Assembly (NCBI GenBank): GCA_965217115.1
Contig: OZ244239.1
Span: 1,504,001 to 1,568,000, forward strand
DNA from: Bdellovibrionales bacterium
GTDB lineage: Bacteria > Bdellovibrionota > Bdellovibrionia > Bdellovibrionales > CAYMLA01
Direction of reading: 5' to 3'
Length of the DNA: 64,000 nt
Part shown: positions 30,971-41,360 of the stretch, piece by piece
How the letters are laid out: every line of letters begins with the position of its first letter
Position numbering within the stretch: the stretch's first letter is position 1
Notes under the pieces: generated by a model
Seen by the model: the letters and a program-made list of their open reading frames with translations, nothing else
Told to the model about the DNA's origin: nothing
The model's database searches: none
Translations under genes and position numbers: made by a program

Positions 30971-32679
30971 AGCAGAGAGGGTTTTCACGGAAATTAATAG
31001 AGTGTCTTTACTCACAAGGAGTGAGGAGTTTTGTTTTATGTGCAGGGGGAAGAAACAGTCCTCTAGTGATGGAGTTAGCTCATTTTTCTTCTCATTTTCT
31101 TTCTAAAAAAGAAGATAGCATAGCGATCTATCATTTTTTCAATGAAAATAGTGCGGCTTTTTTTGCTCTTGGCCAGATAAAAAAAGAGGGAAAACCTGTT
31201 GCAGTGGTGATCACTTCGGGAACGGCGGTGGCCGAAACACTGCCTGCAGTGGTTGAAGCCCATTACACAAATCTGCCTTTAGTCATAGTGTCGGCAGACC
31301 GTCCTGTTTCTTATCGTGGATCGGGGGCTCCACAGTCGATAGAGCAGGTTGGGCTATTTTCTGATTATGTACAAAATTGTTTTGAGTTAGAGGGATATTT
31401 ACAAGATGAGCAGCTTAAAGAACAGTTAAAAAAGCTACAGGAAATTCACATAGGAGATCGCCCTATTCATATTAATGTTGGATTTGATGAACCATTGAAT
31501 GAAACATCAGATGAGCAGTTGGGCAGTGAAGAGGTTAACGAAAATGTAGAGACTGTAAGTCTGGAGTTATTAGCAAAGAAAGAGTTGGAAGATATTACGT
31601 CGCTAAAGGCGGAAAAGAACAGAGAGATATTAACGACATTTTTGAAAGAAAATTTAAAGCCTATTGTTATTGTGGGAGAATTGAATTCACAGGAACGTCA
31701 ATGGGTGATGTTGTTTTTGAAAAATTTGCGAGCACCTATTTTTGCGGAGAGTTTATCAGGAATTGATATACAAAAAGGAAAGGGAGGCGTTGAGAAGTTT
31801 TTTTTGCATTCAGGAGATGCCTTTGTACAGGAAAAATTGTTTCAGGGAGAGTTTGATTCTGTTTTACGTATAGGCGGTGTCCCCTTATTAAGGGCGTGGA
31901 GAGATTTGGAAAAAAAATTGAAAAATGTCCCTGTGCTATCCATTAGTTCTCGGCCCTTTTCTGGATTATCAGAGAAAAGAAATTTGCTAAAACTTGGAAA
32001 ATGGATGAGTTCTTTATTTAAAGAGGGGAAAGATAATATTTTTAAAAGTGAGTGGAGAGAGGGAGATTTGGTAGAGATTTTCCGCTCAGATCTAGTACGG
32101 GCAGAAGAGATAGAAAAACTTTTAAAAGAGCTGCCTGAATCTGAGATGGGACTTCTTTACGGGATATCTCAGAAAATGTCGAATGGGGGAAGAGCCTATG
32201 TGGGCAATAGCATGGCTATTCGGCAGTGGGATATTTTACATCGTTTTAAAAAGAAAAATTATTTGAGCGCAGTAGCGGCCAATCGAGGTGCTAATGGTAT
32301 TGATGGGCAGGTGTCGACTTTCTTGGGCTGGGCACAGAGTGGTTGTGAGAACTGGGCCTTTCTTGGGGATTTGACAAGCCTGTATGATCAAAGTGGTTTG
32401 TGGGCAGCTCGTTATTCTGATGGTGATTTGCGGCTTGTGGTGATTAATAATAGTGGCGGAAGAATTTTCTCACGTATTTTTTCTAATCCAGCATTTTTGA
32501 ATGAGCACGAGATAGAATTCTCTGGATGGGCTAAGATGTGGGGTTTTGATTATCGCTGTTGGGAAAAAATCCCTGGGGATATTTCTGAATTACCGTCTCG
32601 AGTGATTATTGAGCTACGGCCTAATTTAGAAGAGACAGAGAAGTTTTGGCAGAGTTACAAGAGGGTTTTTAAAAATTGA
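30967..32679 (+). CDS. menD: SEPHCHC synthase
   Basis: GGRNSPL, TSGTAVA, SADRP, ANRGANGIDG, GDLTSLYD, INNSGG. Confidence 0.95.
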   Translation: MKQRGFSRKLIECLYSQGVRSFVLCAGGRNSPLVMELAHFSSHFLSKKEDSIAIYHFFNENSAAFFALGQIKKEGKPVAVVITSGTAVAETLPAVVEAHYTNLPLVIVSADRPVSYRGSGAPQSIEQVGLFSDYVQNCFELEGYLQDEQLKEQLKKLQEIHIGDRPIHINVGFDEPLNETSDEQLGSEEVNENVETVSLELLAKKELEDITSLKAEKNREILTTFLKENLKPIVIVGELNSQERQWVMLFLKNLRAPIFAESLSGIDIQKGKGGVEKFFLHSGDAFVQEKLFQGEFDSVLRIGGVPLLRAWRDLEKKLKNVPVLSISSRPFSGLSEKRNLLKLGKWMSSLFKEGKDNIFKSEWREGDLVEIFRSDLVRAEEIEKLLKELPESEMGLLYGISQKMSNGGRAYVGNSMAIRQWDILHRFKKKNYLSAVAANRGANGIDGQVSTFLGWAQSGCENWAFLGDLTSLYDQSGLWAARYSDGDLRLVVINNSGGRIFSRIFSNPAFLNEHEIEFSGWAKMWGFDYRCWEKIPGDISELPSRVIIELRPNLEETEKFWQSYKRVFKN

Positions 32680-32713
32680 TCGGCGGGGGCAATATGGTTT
32701 ATTGTAGAAGAGC

Positions 32714-33463
32714 TTGAAGGAGCTTTTTGCAAGAGATGAAATAAAGTCATCTAAGATATTGGCCTTTCATGGTTTTTTAGGTTGTGATCGAGATTGGAAT
32801 CATTTCAAAGACAGTCCTTTGAGGTTGGAGATAGATGCGCCGTCTCTTTTTAGTCCAGAGAGTCAGAGTGTAGAGACAGATGATAAACCAGTGTTTCCAG
32901 ATTTTTTAAAACATGGTTCACAGGAGAGTTTGGAGAATTGGGCCAAATTTTTTTTATCGTCATACAACGGGGGTGCAGATGTTTTATTGGGATATTCTAT
33001 GGGTGGGCGCTTGGCGTTGCATCTCTATGAATTAGCCCCTGAACGTTGGCGAGAGGTGATTTTAATTTCAACTCATCTCGGAATAGAAAATAGGATAGAG
33101 AGAGAAAAGCGGGTTTTACATGACCAGAAGTGGGCAGAGAGATTTCGCCGTGATGATTGGCAGAGTTTGTTGAATGACTGGAACGCTCAAGAGGTGTTTG
33201 CAAGAGGTGTGGTCAATGGGGCTCCCGATAGGAGAGAATCCAATTTTGATCGAGAAAAATTAGCTCTAGCCTTGGAAAATTGGTCAACAGGGAGACAAAA
33301 GGATTTCCGTCCGCTATTGACAAAATCAAGCGTCTCTATTGAATATGTCGTTGGAGAGTTGGATGAAAAATATTTACAATTTTCTAAAGAAATTAAACAA
33401 TTAAACCCACGCATTCGTGTGACGGTGGTGCCAAATCAAGGGCACCGAGTGGGGGCTTGGTAA
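32714..33463 (+). CDS. menH: SHCHC synthase (alpha/beta hydrolase)
   Basis: FHGFLG, GYSMGGRLAL, GELDEKY, GHRV; position in men cluster. Confidence 0.88.
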   Translation: MKELFARDEIKSSKILAFHGFLGCDRDWNHFKDSPLRLEIDAPSLFSPESQSVETDDKPVFPDFLKHGSQESLENWAKFFLSSYNGGADVLLGYSMGGRLALHLYELAPERWREVILISTHLGIENRIEREKRVLHDQKWAERFRRDDWQSLLNDWNAQEVFARGVVNGAPDRRESNFDREKLALALENWSTGRQKDFRPLLTKSSVSIEYVVGELDEKYLQFSKEIKQLNPRIRVTVVPNQGHRVGAW

Positions 33464-33685
33464 ACTGTTATTTCTGAGTTCAGAGCCTAAAAGATTTTAG
33501 TCAGAACAGCCTAGAGGCATCTTATTCGAATTGAGGGTGTTTTTATCAGAAATGAACTGTTTCAGGGCGAATTAATAGCAGCGGTGTGTAACCGTGCAAA
33601 AAGTTGAAATTCGCCTTGTTTTGTGGCAGTCATAGTATCTAGCAAAGAGTGGTATTTTATTTAACAAATAGAGAGGGAGTCCAAG

Positions 33686-34576
33686 ATGGGTATCGACGTT
33701 AATCATACAAATCGATCAAGTAAAACAAACGATAAAACAACAGAGACTCAAATAGTAGAGACTCAATGGCAGTCGATAAAAACCTATGAAGATATTAAAT
33801 TTGAAAAAACCTCTGATGGGATTGCGAAAATCACAATCAATCGTCCAGAAGTTCGTAATGCCTTTAGACCACAAACGGTCCATGAACTTATTGATGCTTT
33901 TAATCTTAGTCGAGAAGATGGATCTATTGGTGTGATTGTTTTAACAGGAGAGGGGAAGGATGCTTTTTGCTCAGGTGGAGATCAAAAGGTTCGAGGACAC
34001 GGAGGTTATATCGGCGGAGATGGAGTGGCCCGCTTAAATATTTTGGATGTGCAAAAACAAATTCGCCATATGCCTAAGCCTGTTGTTGCTATGGTGGCAG
34101 GGTATGCCATTGGTGGTGGACACATACTCCATGTAATTTGTGATTTAACCATAGCTGCTGATAATGCGCGATTTGGTCAAACAGGTGCCAAAGTAGGCTC
34201 CTTTGATGGTGGTTTTGGTAGCAGTTACCTCTCTCGCATCGTTGGACAGAAAAAAGCCCGTGAGATATGGTTTCTCTCCCGTCAATATGATGCTAAACAA
34301 GCTTTGGATATGGGGCTTGTGAATACGGTGGTTCCTTATGAGGAGCTTGAGGCCGAAACTTTAAAGTGGTGTCGTGAAATGTTAGAGATGTCACCAATGG
34401 CTCTGCGCTTGCTGAAATCTTCAATGAACGCTGACTGTGACGGTCAAGTGGGTTTACAAGAATTAGCAGGAAATGCCACGCTTCTTTACTATATGTCAGA
34501 AGAAGCCAAAGAGGGTAAAGATGCATTTATTGAAAAGCGAAAACCCGATTTCAGTAAATTCCCACGACTACCATAA
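33686..34576 (+). CDS. menB: 1,4-dihydroxy-2-naphthoyl-CoA synthase
   Basis: [27 protein letters not shown]. Confidence 0.97.
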   Translation: MGIDVNHTNRSSKTNDKTTETQIVETQWQSIKTYEDIKFEKTSDGIAKITINRPEVRNAFRPQTVHELIDAFNLSREDGSIGVIVLTGEGKDAFCSGGDQKVRGHGGYIGGDGVARLNILDVQKQIRHMPKPVVAMVAGYAIGGGHILHVICDLTIAADNARFGQTGAKVGSFDGGFGSSYLSRIVGQKKAREIWFLSRQYDAKQALDMGLVNTVVPYEELEAETLKWCREMLEMSPMALRLLKSSMNADCDGQVGLQELAGNATLLYYMSEEAKEGKDAFIEKRKPDFSKFPRLP

Positions 34577-34590
34577 ATAGTAGAGATTTT

Positions 34591-35475
34591 ATGTTAAAGA
34601 TTTATCTCAGAGCATGGACACAAGCTTTTCGTCCAAAAACTTTAACGGCAGCAGTGGTTCCTATTTTTGTAGCGACAGCTTTGGTCTCAGCTGTTGGTAT
34701 ACCCATCAAATGGCATTTGTCTGTTTTTGCGTTGCTATCGTCGTTACTGATTCAAATTGGTACGAATTTATTTAATGATGCCATTGATTTTAAAAAAGGA
34801 GCTGACACAGAAGATCGTCTAGGTCCCAAGAGAATCACACAAAGCGGTCAATTCTCTTCTCAACAAGTGATGTTTGCCGGGGTGATGAGTTTACTTGCAG
34901 CCACGGCCATGGGAGTGCCTTTAATTTTGGAAGGAGGTTGGCCCATATTGATCGTTGGAGTTTTCTCTCTTTTTTTGGCTTACTCTTACACTGGTGGGCC
35001 TTTTCCTTTAGCTTATTTAGGGTTAGGGGACTTATTTGTAATGTTGTTTTTTGGTGTGATCGCTATCGTGGGGCTTTTTTATATTCAAACAAAGGAGATA
35101 TCTCTATGGGCCTTATTGGGAGGTGTGCAGATTGGCTCTCTGGCAACAGTGTTGATTGTCATTAATAATCTTCGTGATAGAGAAGGAGATAAAAAAGTTG
35201 GTAAAAAAACACTGGCCGTGCGTTTTGGAGAAAAATTTTCTAAGCATGAGATGACGATACTGTCTATTTTTCCATTTTTTTTAGGTCTTGTGTGGTGGCA
35301 AGGGGGATTTTTATGGGCGGCTGGTTTACCGGTATTGGTTTTGCCCTTGAGCTGGTTTTTATTGAGGAACATCTATCGCCATTCGCCCAGCGAGATTTAT
35401 AATCAATTTTTGATGCAAGCAGCAGGGGTGCATTTGGTGTTTGGATTACTTTTGAGTTTAGGACTTGTGTTGTGA
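34591..35475 (+). CDS. menA: DHNA polyprenyltransferase
   Basis: [38 protein letters not shown]. Confidence 0.95.
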   Translation: MLKIYLRAWTQAFRPKTLTAAVVPIFVATALVSAVGIPIKWHLSVFALLSSLLIQIGTNLFNDAIDFKKGADTEDRLGPKRITQSGQFSSQQVMFAGVMSLLAATAMGVPLILEGGWPILIVGVFSLFLAYSYTGGPFPLAYLGLGDLFVMLFFGVIAIVGLFYIQTKEISLWALLGGVQIGSLATVLIVINNLRDREGDKKVGKKTLAVRFGEKFSKHEMTILSIFPFFLGLVWWQGGFLWAAGLPVLVLPLSWFLLRNIYRHSPSEIYNQFLMQAAGVHLVFGLLLSLGLVL

Positions 35476-35533
35476 ATAATCCAAGCGATTTAAAAAAAAC
35501 ATTATTGATTCAGTGTAGAGATAAGGATTTAAA

Positions 35534-36571
35534 ATGAAAATACAGTTTTCACCCTATGAAATTCAACCTTTAGCCCCTTTAAACAGCCTCTCTCAAATTC
35601 AGGTTAAAAAAACTCACGTAAGAACGGGTGCTCTCCTAAAAATTGAATTTGAAAAGGGAGTCGTGGGGTATGCCGATATTCATCCATGGGTTGAATTGGG
35701 GGATCGGCCATTGGCTGAGCAGCTTTATAGTTTATGTGTAGGAGAGCTGACGGATTTAACACGTAAATCCATTGGTTTTGCTGGTATTGATGCCAAGGCG
35801 AGACAGGAGGGAGTGAATCTTTTAGCAGGAGTTGAAATACCAGAAAGTCACGCTCTGATATTAGAACCATTGGTTCTTAAACTGGAGCATATTGATGCTC
35901 TTTTTCAAAAAGGATATCGTTTTGCTAAGTGTAAGATGGGAGTAGACCTAGAAAAAGAATTGCAGCACTTGAATGATTTGGCCAAGCATGAATGGAAAGA
36001 ACAGTCAGGTGAGAGGTTAAAACTGCGTTTAGATTTTAATGCGAGCCATTCAGCCAAAGATGTTAAAGAAAAATTTATATCAAAAATATCAAATAAATTA
36101 AAAGACAAGATCGATTTTATTGAAGATCCTTGCAAATATGATTTCACATCTTGGCAAGATTTTCGTCAACAGGGTTTTGTTCTTGCTTATGACAGAAAAG
36201 AAGATGGTCTGCCCATTGGTGAAGTGGCAGCAGATATACTGATATATAAGCCAGCGATTGAGGATGGTGCTGAGTTAGAGGAGTATTGTCATCTCCACGG
36301 AAAGAAGATTTTTATAACCTCTTATATGGATCATCCTGTGGGGCAAATGTTTTCAGCCATCGAGGCTGTAAAATATAAAGAGAAAGACCAAGAAAGAAAA
36401 GAAAAAATACTTCATGGTGCAGGGTTGCTGTCTCATCTGGTTTATGAGAAAAATGAATTTTCCTCGTTACTTACAGTACAAGGTTCGAGATTTGTAATAA
36501 ATGACGGATTAGGAATTGGTTTTGATAAATTACTTGAACAGAGAACTTGGCTGGATATAAGTAGGAGATAG
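35534..36571 (+). CDS. menC: o-succinylbenzoate synthase
   Basis: KCKMG, LRLDFN, FIEDP (enolase superfamily); cluster context. Confidence 0.85.
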   Translation: MKIQFSPYEIQPLAPLNSLSQIQVKKTHVRTGALLKIEFEKGVVGYADIHPWVELGDRPLAEQLYSLCVGELTDLTRKSIGFAGIDAKARQEGVNLLAGVEIPESHALILEPLVLKLEHIDALFQKGYRFAKCKMGVDLEKELQHLNDLAKHEWKEQSGERLKLRLDFNASHSAKDVKEKFISKISNKLKDKIDFIEDPCKYDFTSWQDFRQQGFVLAYDRKEDGLPIGEVAADILIYKPAIEDGAELEEYCHLHGKKIFITSYMDHPVGQMFSAIEAVKYKEKDQERKEKILHGAGLLSHLVYEKNEFSSLLTVQGSRFVINDGLGIGFDKLLEQRTWLDISRR

Positions 36572-36577
36572 TGAGTT

Positions 36578-37741
36578 TTGGTAGGAAAGCATTCTAATCA
36601 GTTTGTAAATAATAGAATTATTGAAAGTAAACCTATCCATTGGGAATCTGAGGAGAGTCATATTCTATTGAACCCGTGTTTAATAGAGACCTTTTTTAAG
36701 GAAGATTCGTCGAAAGAAAATCTTGAGAGGATAGGTCATTTACACGAAGAAGACCCGAAGCTTAGAGGGCATTTGTGGTTTTTAACTTCAGGAACGACAG
36801 GGGGCCCTAAATGGGTGGCTCTGTCTAAGGTGGCTTTTTTAGAAGCAGCTCAGAGTGTGAATGATTATTTAGAAATCGTTAAGGAAGATCGGTTTTTAAA
36901 TGTTCTTCCTGAATTTCATGTAGGGGGTTTGGCAATAGAGGCCAGAGCGTATCTAAGTGGAAGCAGTGTGAATCGAGTGGATGATAATTGGAAATGGAAT
37001 CCTAGTGAGTTTACGCAGAAGATTATTCAAGAAAAAACAACCTTAACATCTTTGGTGCCAACACAGGTTTTTGATTTGGTAACAGATGGGCAAGTTTGTC
37101 CAGGCTCTTTACGAGCTGTTGTTGTGGGAGGAGATAGATTATCCACTAAACTTTATACTAGAGCAAGAGAGCTTGGTTGGCCACTTCTGCCGAGTTACGG
37201 CATGACGGAAACGAGTGCCTTGGTGGCGGGGGCCTCTCTTGATAGCTTGCAAGAAAAAAAATTTCCTAAGGTTGAAATTTTAAGTCATATGCAAATCAAG
37301 GAAGGTTTAAAGGGTTTTCTGTGTTTTAAAGGAAAGGGCCTCTTAACAGGGTATTATTTAGAAGATGGGTTTATAGATCCCAAGAGTGATGGTTGGTTTA
37401 AGTCAGAGGATCGAGGTGTTGTTATGAATGGAGGTGACTTAAGTGTCTTAGGGCGAGGAAATGGATTTTTTAAAATTAAGGGCGAGAATATTAGTCTTTT
37501 TCATTTACGAGAAAAATGGAGTCAGCTATCACTCTCCTTAGAGCATCATTTGTCTGTCACAAATGATGAACGCCAGGGGAAATCTCTGATCTTATTAACT
37601 AAGAACCCTCAAGAGGGTGAAATTTTAAAAAAACAATTTAATAAACAGGTCAATCCTTTTGAAAGAATTGATAAAATTGTCGTTGTTTCTGAAATTCTAA
37701 GAACGGAACTGGGAAAAGTGATTGAGGAAAAGCAAAGGTAA
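36578..37741 (+). CDS. menE: o-succinylbenzoate-CoA ligase
   Basis: TSGTTGGPK, HVGGL, SLVPTQ, SYGMTET, RTELGK. Confidence 0.9.
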   Translation: MVGKHSNQFVNNRIIESKPIHWESEESHILLNPCLIETFFKEDSSKENLERIGHLHEEDPKLRGHLWFLTSGTTGGPKWVALSKVAFLEAAQSVNDYLEIVKEDRFLNVLPEFHVGGLAIEARAYLSGSSVNRVDDNWKWNPSEFTQKIIQEKTTLTSLVPTQVFDLVTDGQVCPGSLRAVVVGGDRLSTKLYTRARELGWPLLPSYGMTETSALVAGASLDSLQEKKFPKVEILSHMQIKEGLKGFLCFKGKGLLTGYYLEDGFIDPKSDGWFKSEDRGVVMNGGDLSVLGRGNGFFKIKGENISLFHLREKWSQLSLSLEHHLSVTNDERQGKSLILLTKNPQEGEILKKQFNKQVNPFERIDKIVVVSEILRTELGKVIEEKQR

Positions 37742-37754
37742 TTATTTAAGTGTA

Positions 37755-38153
37755 TTAAAAAAAATCGTTTGCAATGGGAAGTTTATTTTTTGATTTTCGA
37801 TCAATACAGACATGAATGGTTTTTACCTCAGCCATCACTGTGTTTTGTTGATCTGTAAACTTGTAAGTGAATTCTAGAGAACGCTCCCGTTTTTGACTGA
37901 GTTTAACATTCACTTGATAAGTTTGCCCCCCTTCTAAGGGTTTTCTGTATTTAGATTCTGCAGAGAGAATAGGATAGGCTTTCTGTGGGTGATTGAACCA
38001 TTCTTCATACGAAATACCTTGATTTAGTAGGGTTTCTTCGAGTAAATCGTGGCAGAGATCAAAAATATTGGCAAAAAACAAGATACCTGCAGGATCGCAG
38101 TGAGCAAAACGAATGGTGAGCTCTTTTTTTAATAACATGAAAATATTCTCCAT
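37755..38153 (-). CDS. Hotdog acyl-CoA thioesterase, probable DHNA-CoA thioesterase
   Basis: IRFAHCDPAGILFFAN 4HBT motif; adjacent to men cluster. Confidence 0.82.
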   Translation of the reverse strand: MENIFMLLKKELTIRFAHCDPAGILFFANIFDLCHDLLEETLLNQGISYEEWFNHPQKAYPILSAESKYRKPLEGGQTYQVNVKLSQKRERSLEFTYKFTDQQNTVMAEVKTIHVCIDRKSKNKLPIANDFF

Positions 38154-38300
38154 AATAGTTATTCTATTTGAGCTTGTACCTATTATAGTTACTTCTGTCA
38201 GCCCTTTTAAATGGTGCTGAGCGTGTTTATGGCGATAATAATAGGGAAGTGAGTGATTTTCTGAGTGAAATTTCTTTAAAACTTAGTTATAAGTGCATAA

Positions 38301-39239
38301 ATGGAAAAAATTAAAATTTACAGTCCTAATGATTTCCCTGATTATTTGCCTAAACTCAATGATCTCTATGATGATCTTTTTAGTGGGGGCAAGGAGTTTC
38401 GTTCAAAATTAATACAGCAAATATCGAAACATTTAAAGTTAGATAGAAAAACAATAATTCTTTTAAGTCAGACCATTGAATTTATTCATAATGCCTCGCT
38501 ACTCCATGATGATCTAATAGATCAGTCGAATCTGCGGAGGGGCAAGACCACGGCATGGCTAAAATACAGTCCAGAATATGCTGTTCTTGCAGGGGATTAT
38601 TTATTGGCCCGTGTTATTGTGAATCTTTGTGATTTTGGCCAATTACGATTGGTTAAATTTACTGGAGAGACTATTTCTAATTTGTTAGAGGGGGAGTGGC
38701 TTCAAGATTCATTATTGAATCGTTGGAATTTAACTCCAGAGGAATTGGATCGAGTTCATACGTTTAAAACGTCTTCGTTATTTAAGTGGTGCTTGCAGGC
38801 GCCATTTATGGCCAAAGGCCTTTATTCGAAAGATCTACATAACAAGCTTTCAGAGATGGGAGACATATTGGGGCAACTCTTCCAAAGAGGCGATGATCTT
38901 TTAGATTTTGATGTGAGAAATAAAGAGGGCAAACACACTCTGGGAGACTTGAAGTCAGGTTATTTGAATTCATTTGCAACGTTTGTATTGAAAAGATCTA
39001 AGAAGGATATTGAATCTTGGCGACATAGCTCCACTATTGATGAGTTAAAGAGTAATTTAGGGAAAGAGTTTTTTTCTGATTGTTTAAAGGATTTTGACGG
39101 AATCAATGAGAAGATGATTGAGCGTTACGATGCTTTAAACAAGTCTTTGAAAGAGTTACTTCCTTCTGAATCTCAGAGTTTATGTCAGGAGCTTGCTCTG
39201 CTGCCATTTCTTCTTTATTGGCGAGGAGAAGAGAAGTGA
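38301..39239 (+). CDS. Polyprenyl diphosphate synthase
   Basis: GGKEFR, IHNASLLHDDLIDQSNLRRG, FQRGDDLLD. Confidence 0.93.
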   Translation: MEKIKIYSPNDFPDYLPKLNDLYDDLFSGGKEFRSKLIQQISKHLKLDRKTIILLSQTIEFIHNASLLHDDLIDQSNLRRGKTTAWLKYSPEYAVLAGDYLLARVIVNLCDFGQLRLVKFTGETISNLLEGEWLQDSLLNRWNLTPEELDRVHTFKTSSLFKWCLQAPFMAKGLYSKDLHNKLSEMGDILGQLFQRGDDLLDFDVRNKEGKHTLGDLKSGYLNSFATFVLKRSKKDIESWRHSSTIDELKSNLGKEFFSDCLKDFDGINEKMIERYDALNKSLKELLPSESQSLCQELALLPFLLYWRGEEK

Positions 39240-40285
39240 CTGAAACGATAACTCTATTTAAAGAGGATTCTTTATTTAAATCTTACTTGACGGGAGTTTT
39301 CTCAGAGAAGAAAAGAGCAATCCCCGTACAAACATTGAATGCAGGTACGACAGAAGAGAGTGTTACTTTTGAAATAAAAGAGATTCAAGAGATAGACGCG
39401 CCATCGGTATTTTATGTATGTCTAGAGATGGCCCGATTGCAGAGTTTGGGGCTATTGATTCTGATTTCATCCCTTATTCTGTTGTTTTTTAATAAGGAGC
39501 AGATTGTTTGGAACCATCAACTTGCCCTGATAAGCTTTATAGGTTGTCTGTTTATTCACATTGGGTGCAATCTGTTAAATGATTATATCGGCCATATTAA
39601 GGGGGTTGATCGTCAGAGCCCAAGTTCAGGAAGTAGAGTTATTCAAAAGGGTTGGGTGACAGCGATTGTAGTTAAAAGAATAGGATATTTCTGTCTGATT
39701 GTAGGTGGGTTGTTAGGAGTTCCTGCGATGTTAGTTCACCCTGCAGTGATTTATGTTGTGTTATTTGGAGTGTTGATAGCGGCCCTTGTTTTTTTAGCAT
39801 ATAAAATGAATTTGATGCTAAAAGGAGTAGGAGAAACTTTGATATTTGCTTTATCTGGACCTTTAATGGTCAATGGTTTCTCTTTAGCTATTACAGGAAG
39901 AACGAATTTAGAAATTCTGATGTTTAGTGTTTTAGTTGGATGGTCGTCTACTTTGCTTCTGCATATAAAAAACTTGGAGCAAGTGGTGTATAATTCTAAA
40001 AAAAATCATAAAAACTGGGTTGGCCATCTGGGTTTTGAAAAAGGTCGGGTATTAATTTATTTTTGGATAATAGCCCAGGTTTGTCTGGTGACCTTGCAGG
40101 TCAGTTTTTATCAGAAATTTTCGTGGGTGTTATTTAATTCAGTTCTTATTTTAAGTCTGGGGCTATTTTTGAAAATCAAACAATCGAAGCTTGCCCATGT
40201 AAAGGACAAATGGAGTGGCCGTTTTTTTGGTAATACCTATCTTTATTTACTCTATATAGTGCTGTTAGTTTCTTTCCGTATTTAA
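39236..40285 (+). CDS. UbiA/MenA-like membrane protein with degenerate Asp-rich motifs
   Basis: NLLNDYIGHIKGVDR...GSRVIQKG; multi-TM; overlaps polyprenyl synthase stop. Confidence 0.75.
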   Translation: MTETITLFKEDSLFKSYLTGVFSEKKRAIPVQTLNAGTTEESVTFEIKEIQEIDAPSVFYVCLEMARLQSLGLLILISSLILLFFNKEQIVWNHQLALISFIGCLFIHIGCNLLNDYIGHIKGVDRQSPSSGSRVIQKGWVTAIVVKRIGYFCLIVGGLLGVPAMLVHPAVIYVVLFGVLIAALVFLAYKMNLMLKGVGETLIFALSGPLMVNGFSLAITGRTNLEILMFSVLVGWSSTLLLHIKNLEQVVYNSKKNHKNWVGHLGFEKGRVLIYFWIIAQVCLVTLQVSFYQKFSWVLFNSVLILSLGLFLKIKQSKLAHVKDKWSGRFFGNTYLYLLYIVLLVSFRI

Positions 40286-40295
40286 TGAGAGTGTT

Positions 40296-41054
40296 TTGAA
40301 AATCCTTATTGTCGATAAAAAATCTCAAAAAATAGCAGAAGAAGCCGCAGAAGTAACAGGGCTTGTTTGTACTAAGACAGAGAGAGATGACGCCTATCTT
40401 TTGGCTCAAGAAGGAACTATTCGCTTTATCCCTAGTGATAATCTGTTTAAGCCTGTAACTTTTGGTTGGTTGTCTTTGATGGACAGTTGTGATGTTCGTA
40501 TTTTTCGTACTAAGAAGGACTTACTCTATAGAGCCGTTGGATTAAAAAATGGTTTGAACAGTATTGTGGATGTAACAACAGGAATGGGCTGGGATGCTTT
40601 GAGCTTGTGGTGCATGAATCGTTGGGGAGGCTCTCCATTGACTGTTCATGCTGTGGAGAGGAACCCGATCGTTTACAGCCTTCTTTTGAGTTCTTTTCGA
40701 CAATTGGAAGATCACGGGTATGATTGTTCGGGGTTAGCAATACATTTTTCTGAAGCGAGGGATTTTTTGCTAAAGCATACGCAGGAGAGCAGACCTGATG
40801 TTGTTTTTTTAGATCCGATGTTTACAGAAAAGAAAAAAAAATCTTTGCCGCGTAAAGAGATGCAGGTTTTTAGAGAGATCGTTGGTGATGATCTAGACTC
40901 TGAAGATCTGTTAAATCAGGCTTTGGAGGTGGCAAAGAAGAGAGTCGTGGTGAAAAGACCTATCAAAGCTCCCAGTTTACGATCGAAGGAGGAGCAAGTA
41001 GAACCTCAAAGCATTCAAGGGAAGTTGATTCGTTACGATATTTACATGAAGTAA
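40296..41054 (+). CDS. rsmJ: 16S rRNA m2G1516 methyltransferase RsmJ-like
   Basis: VDVTTGMGWDA, ERNP, DVVFLDPMF, RVVVKRP. Confidence 0.88.
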   Translation: MKILIVDKKSQKIAEEAAEVTGLVCTKTERDDAYLLAQEGTIRFIPSDNLFKPVTFGWLSLMDSCDVRIFRTKKDLLYRAVGLKNGLNSIVDVTTGMGWDALSLWCMNRWGGSPLTVHAVERNPIVYSLLLSSFRQLEDHGYDCSGLAIHFSEARDFLLKHTQESRPDVVFLDPMFTEKKKKSLPRKEMQVFREIVGDDLDSEDLLNQALEVAKKRVVVKRPIKAPSLRSKEEQVEPQSIQGKLIRYDIYMK

Positions 41055-41168
41055 ACTATGAGTAATCATCTGAGCGTCTTTTAAAATGAAATCTTTTAAT
41101 ACCCTTATATGAGCTTGAATTGAACAGGTGTGAATAAGATTTATCTTGTTTTTGGGCAAGATATTGAT

Positions 41169-41279
41169 TTGATATTCTGACATAGGTCGAGGCTAGTTTT
41201 TTAAATTGATATCTGTACATGAGTCGAGGCTAATTCCTTAACTTAATATCTTGACATAAGTCGAGACTAGTTCCTCACC
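41169..41279. repeat. Three degenerate 37-bp tandem repeats
   Basis: Units at 41169, 41206 and 41243; core ACATRRGTCGAGRCTARTT. Confidence 0.85.
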
Positions 41280-41360
41280 ATATAGCTATAACTACTGTAC
41301 ACTGTTGGTAGGTTTTTTTAGCCTGAATCGCATTAATTATTAGATCGGAGGTAAAGGTTC

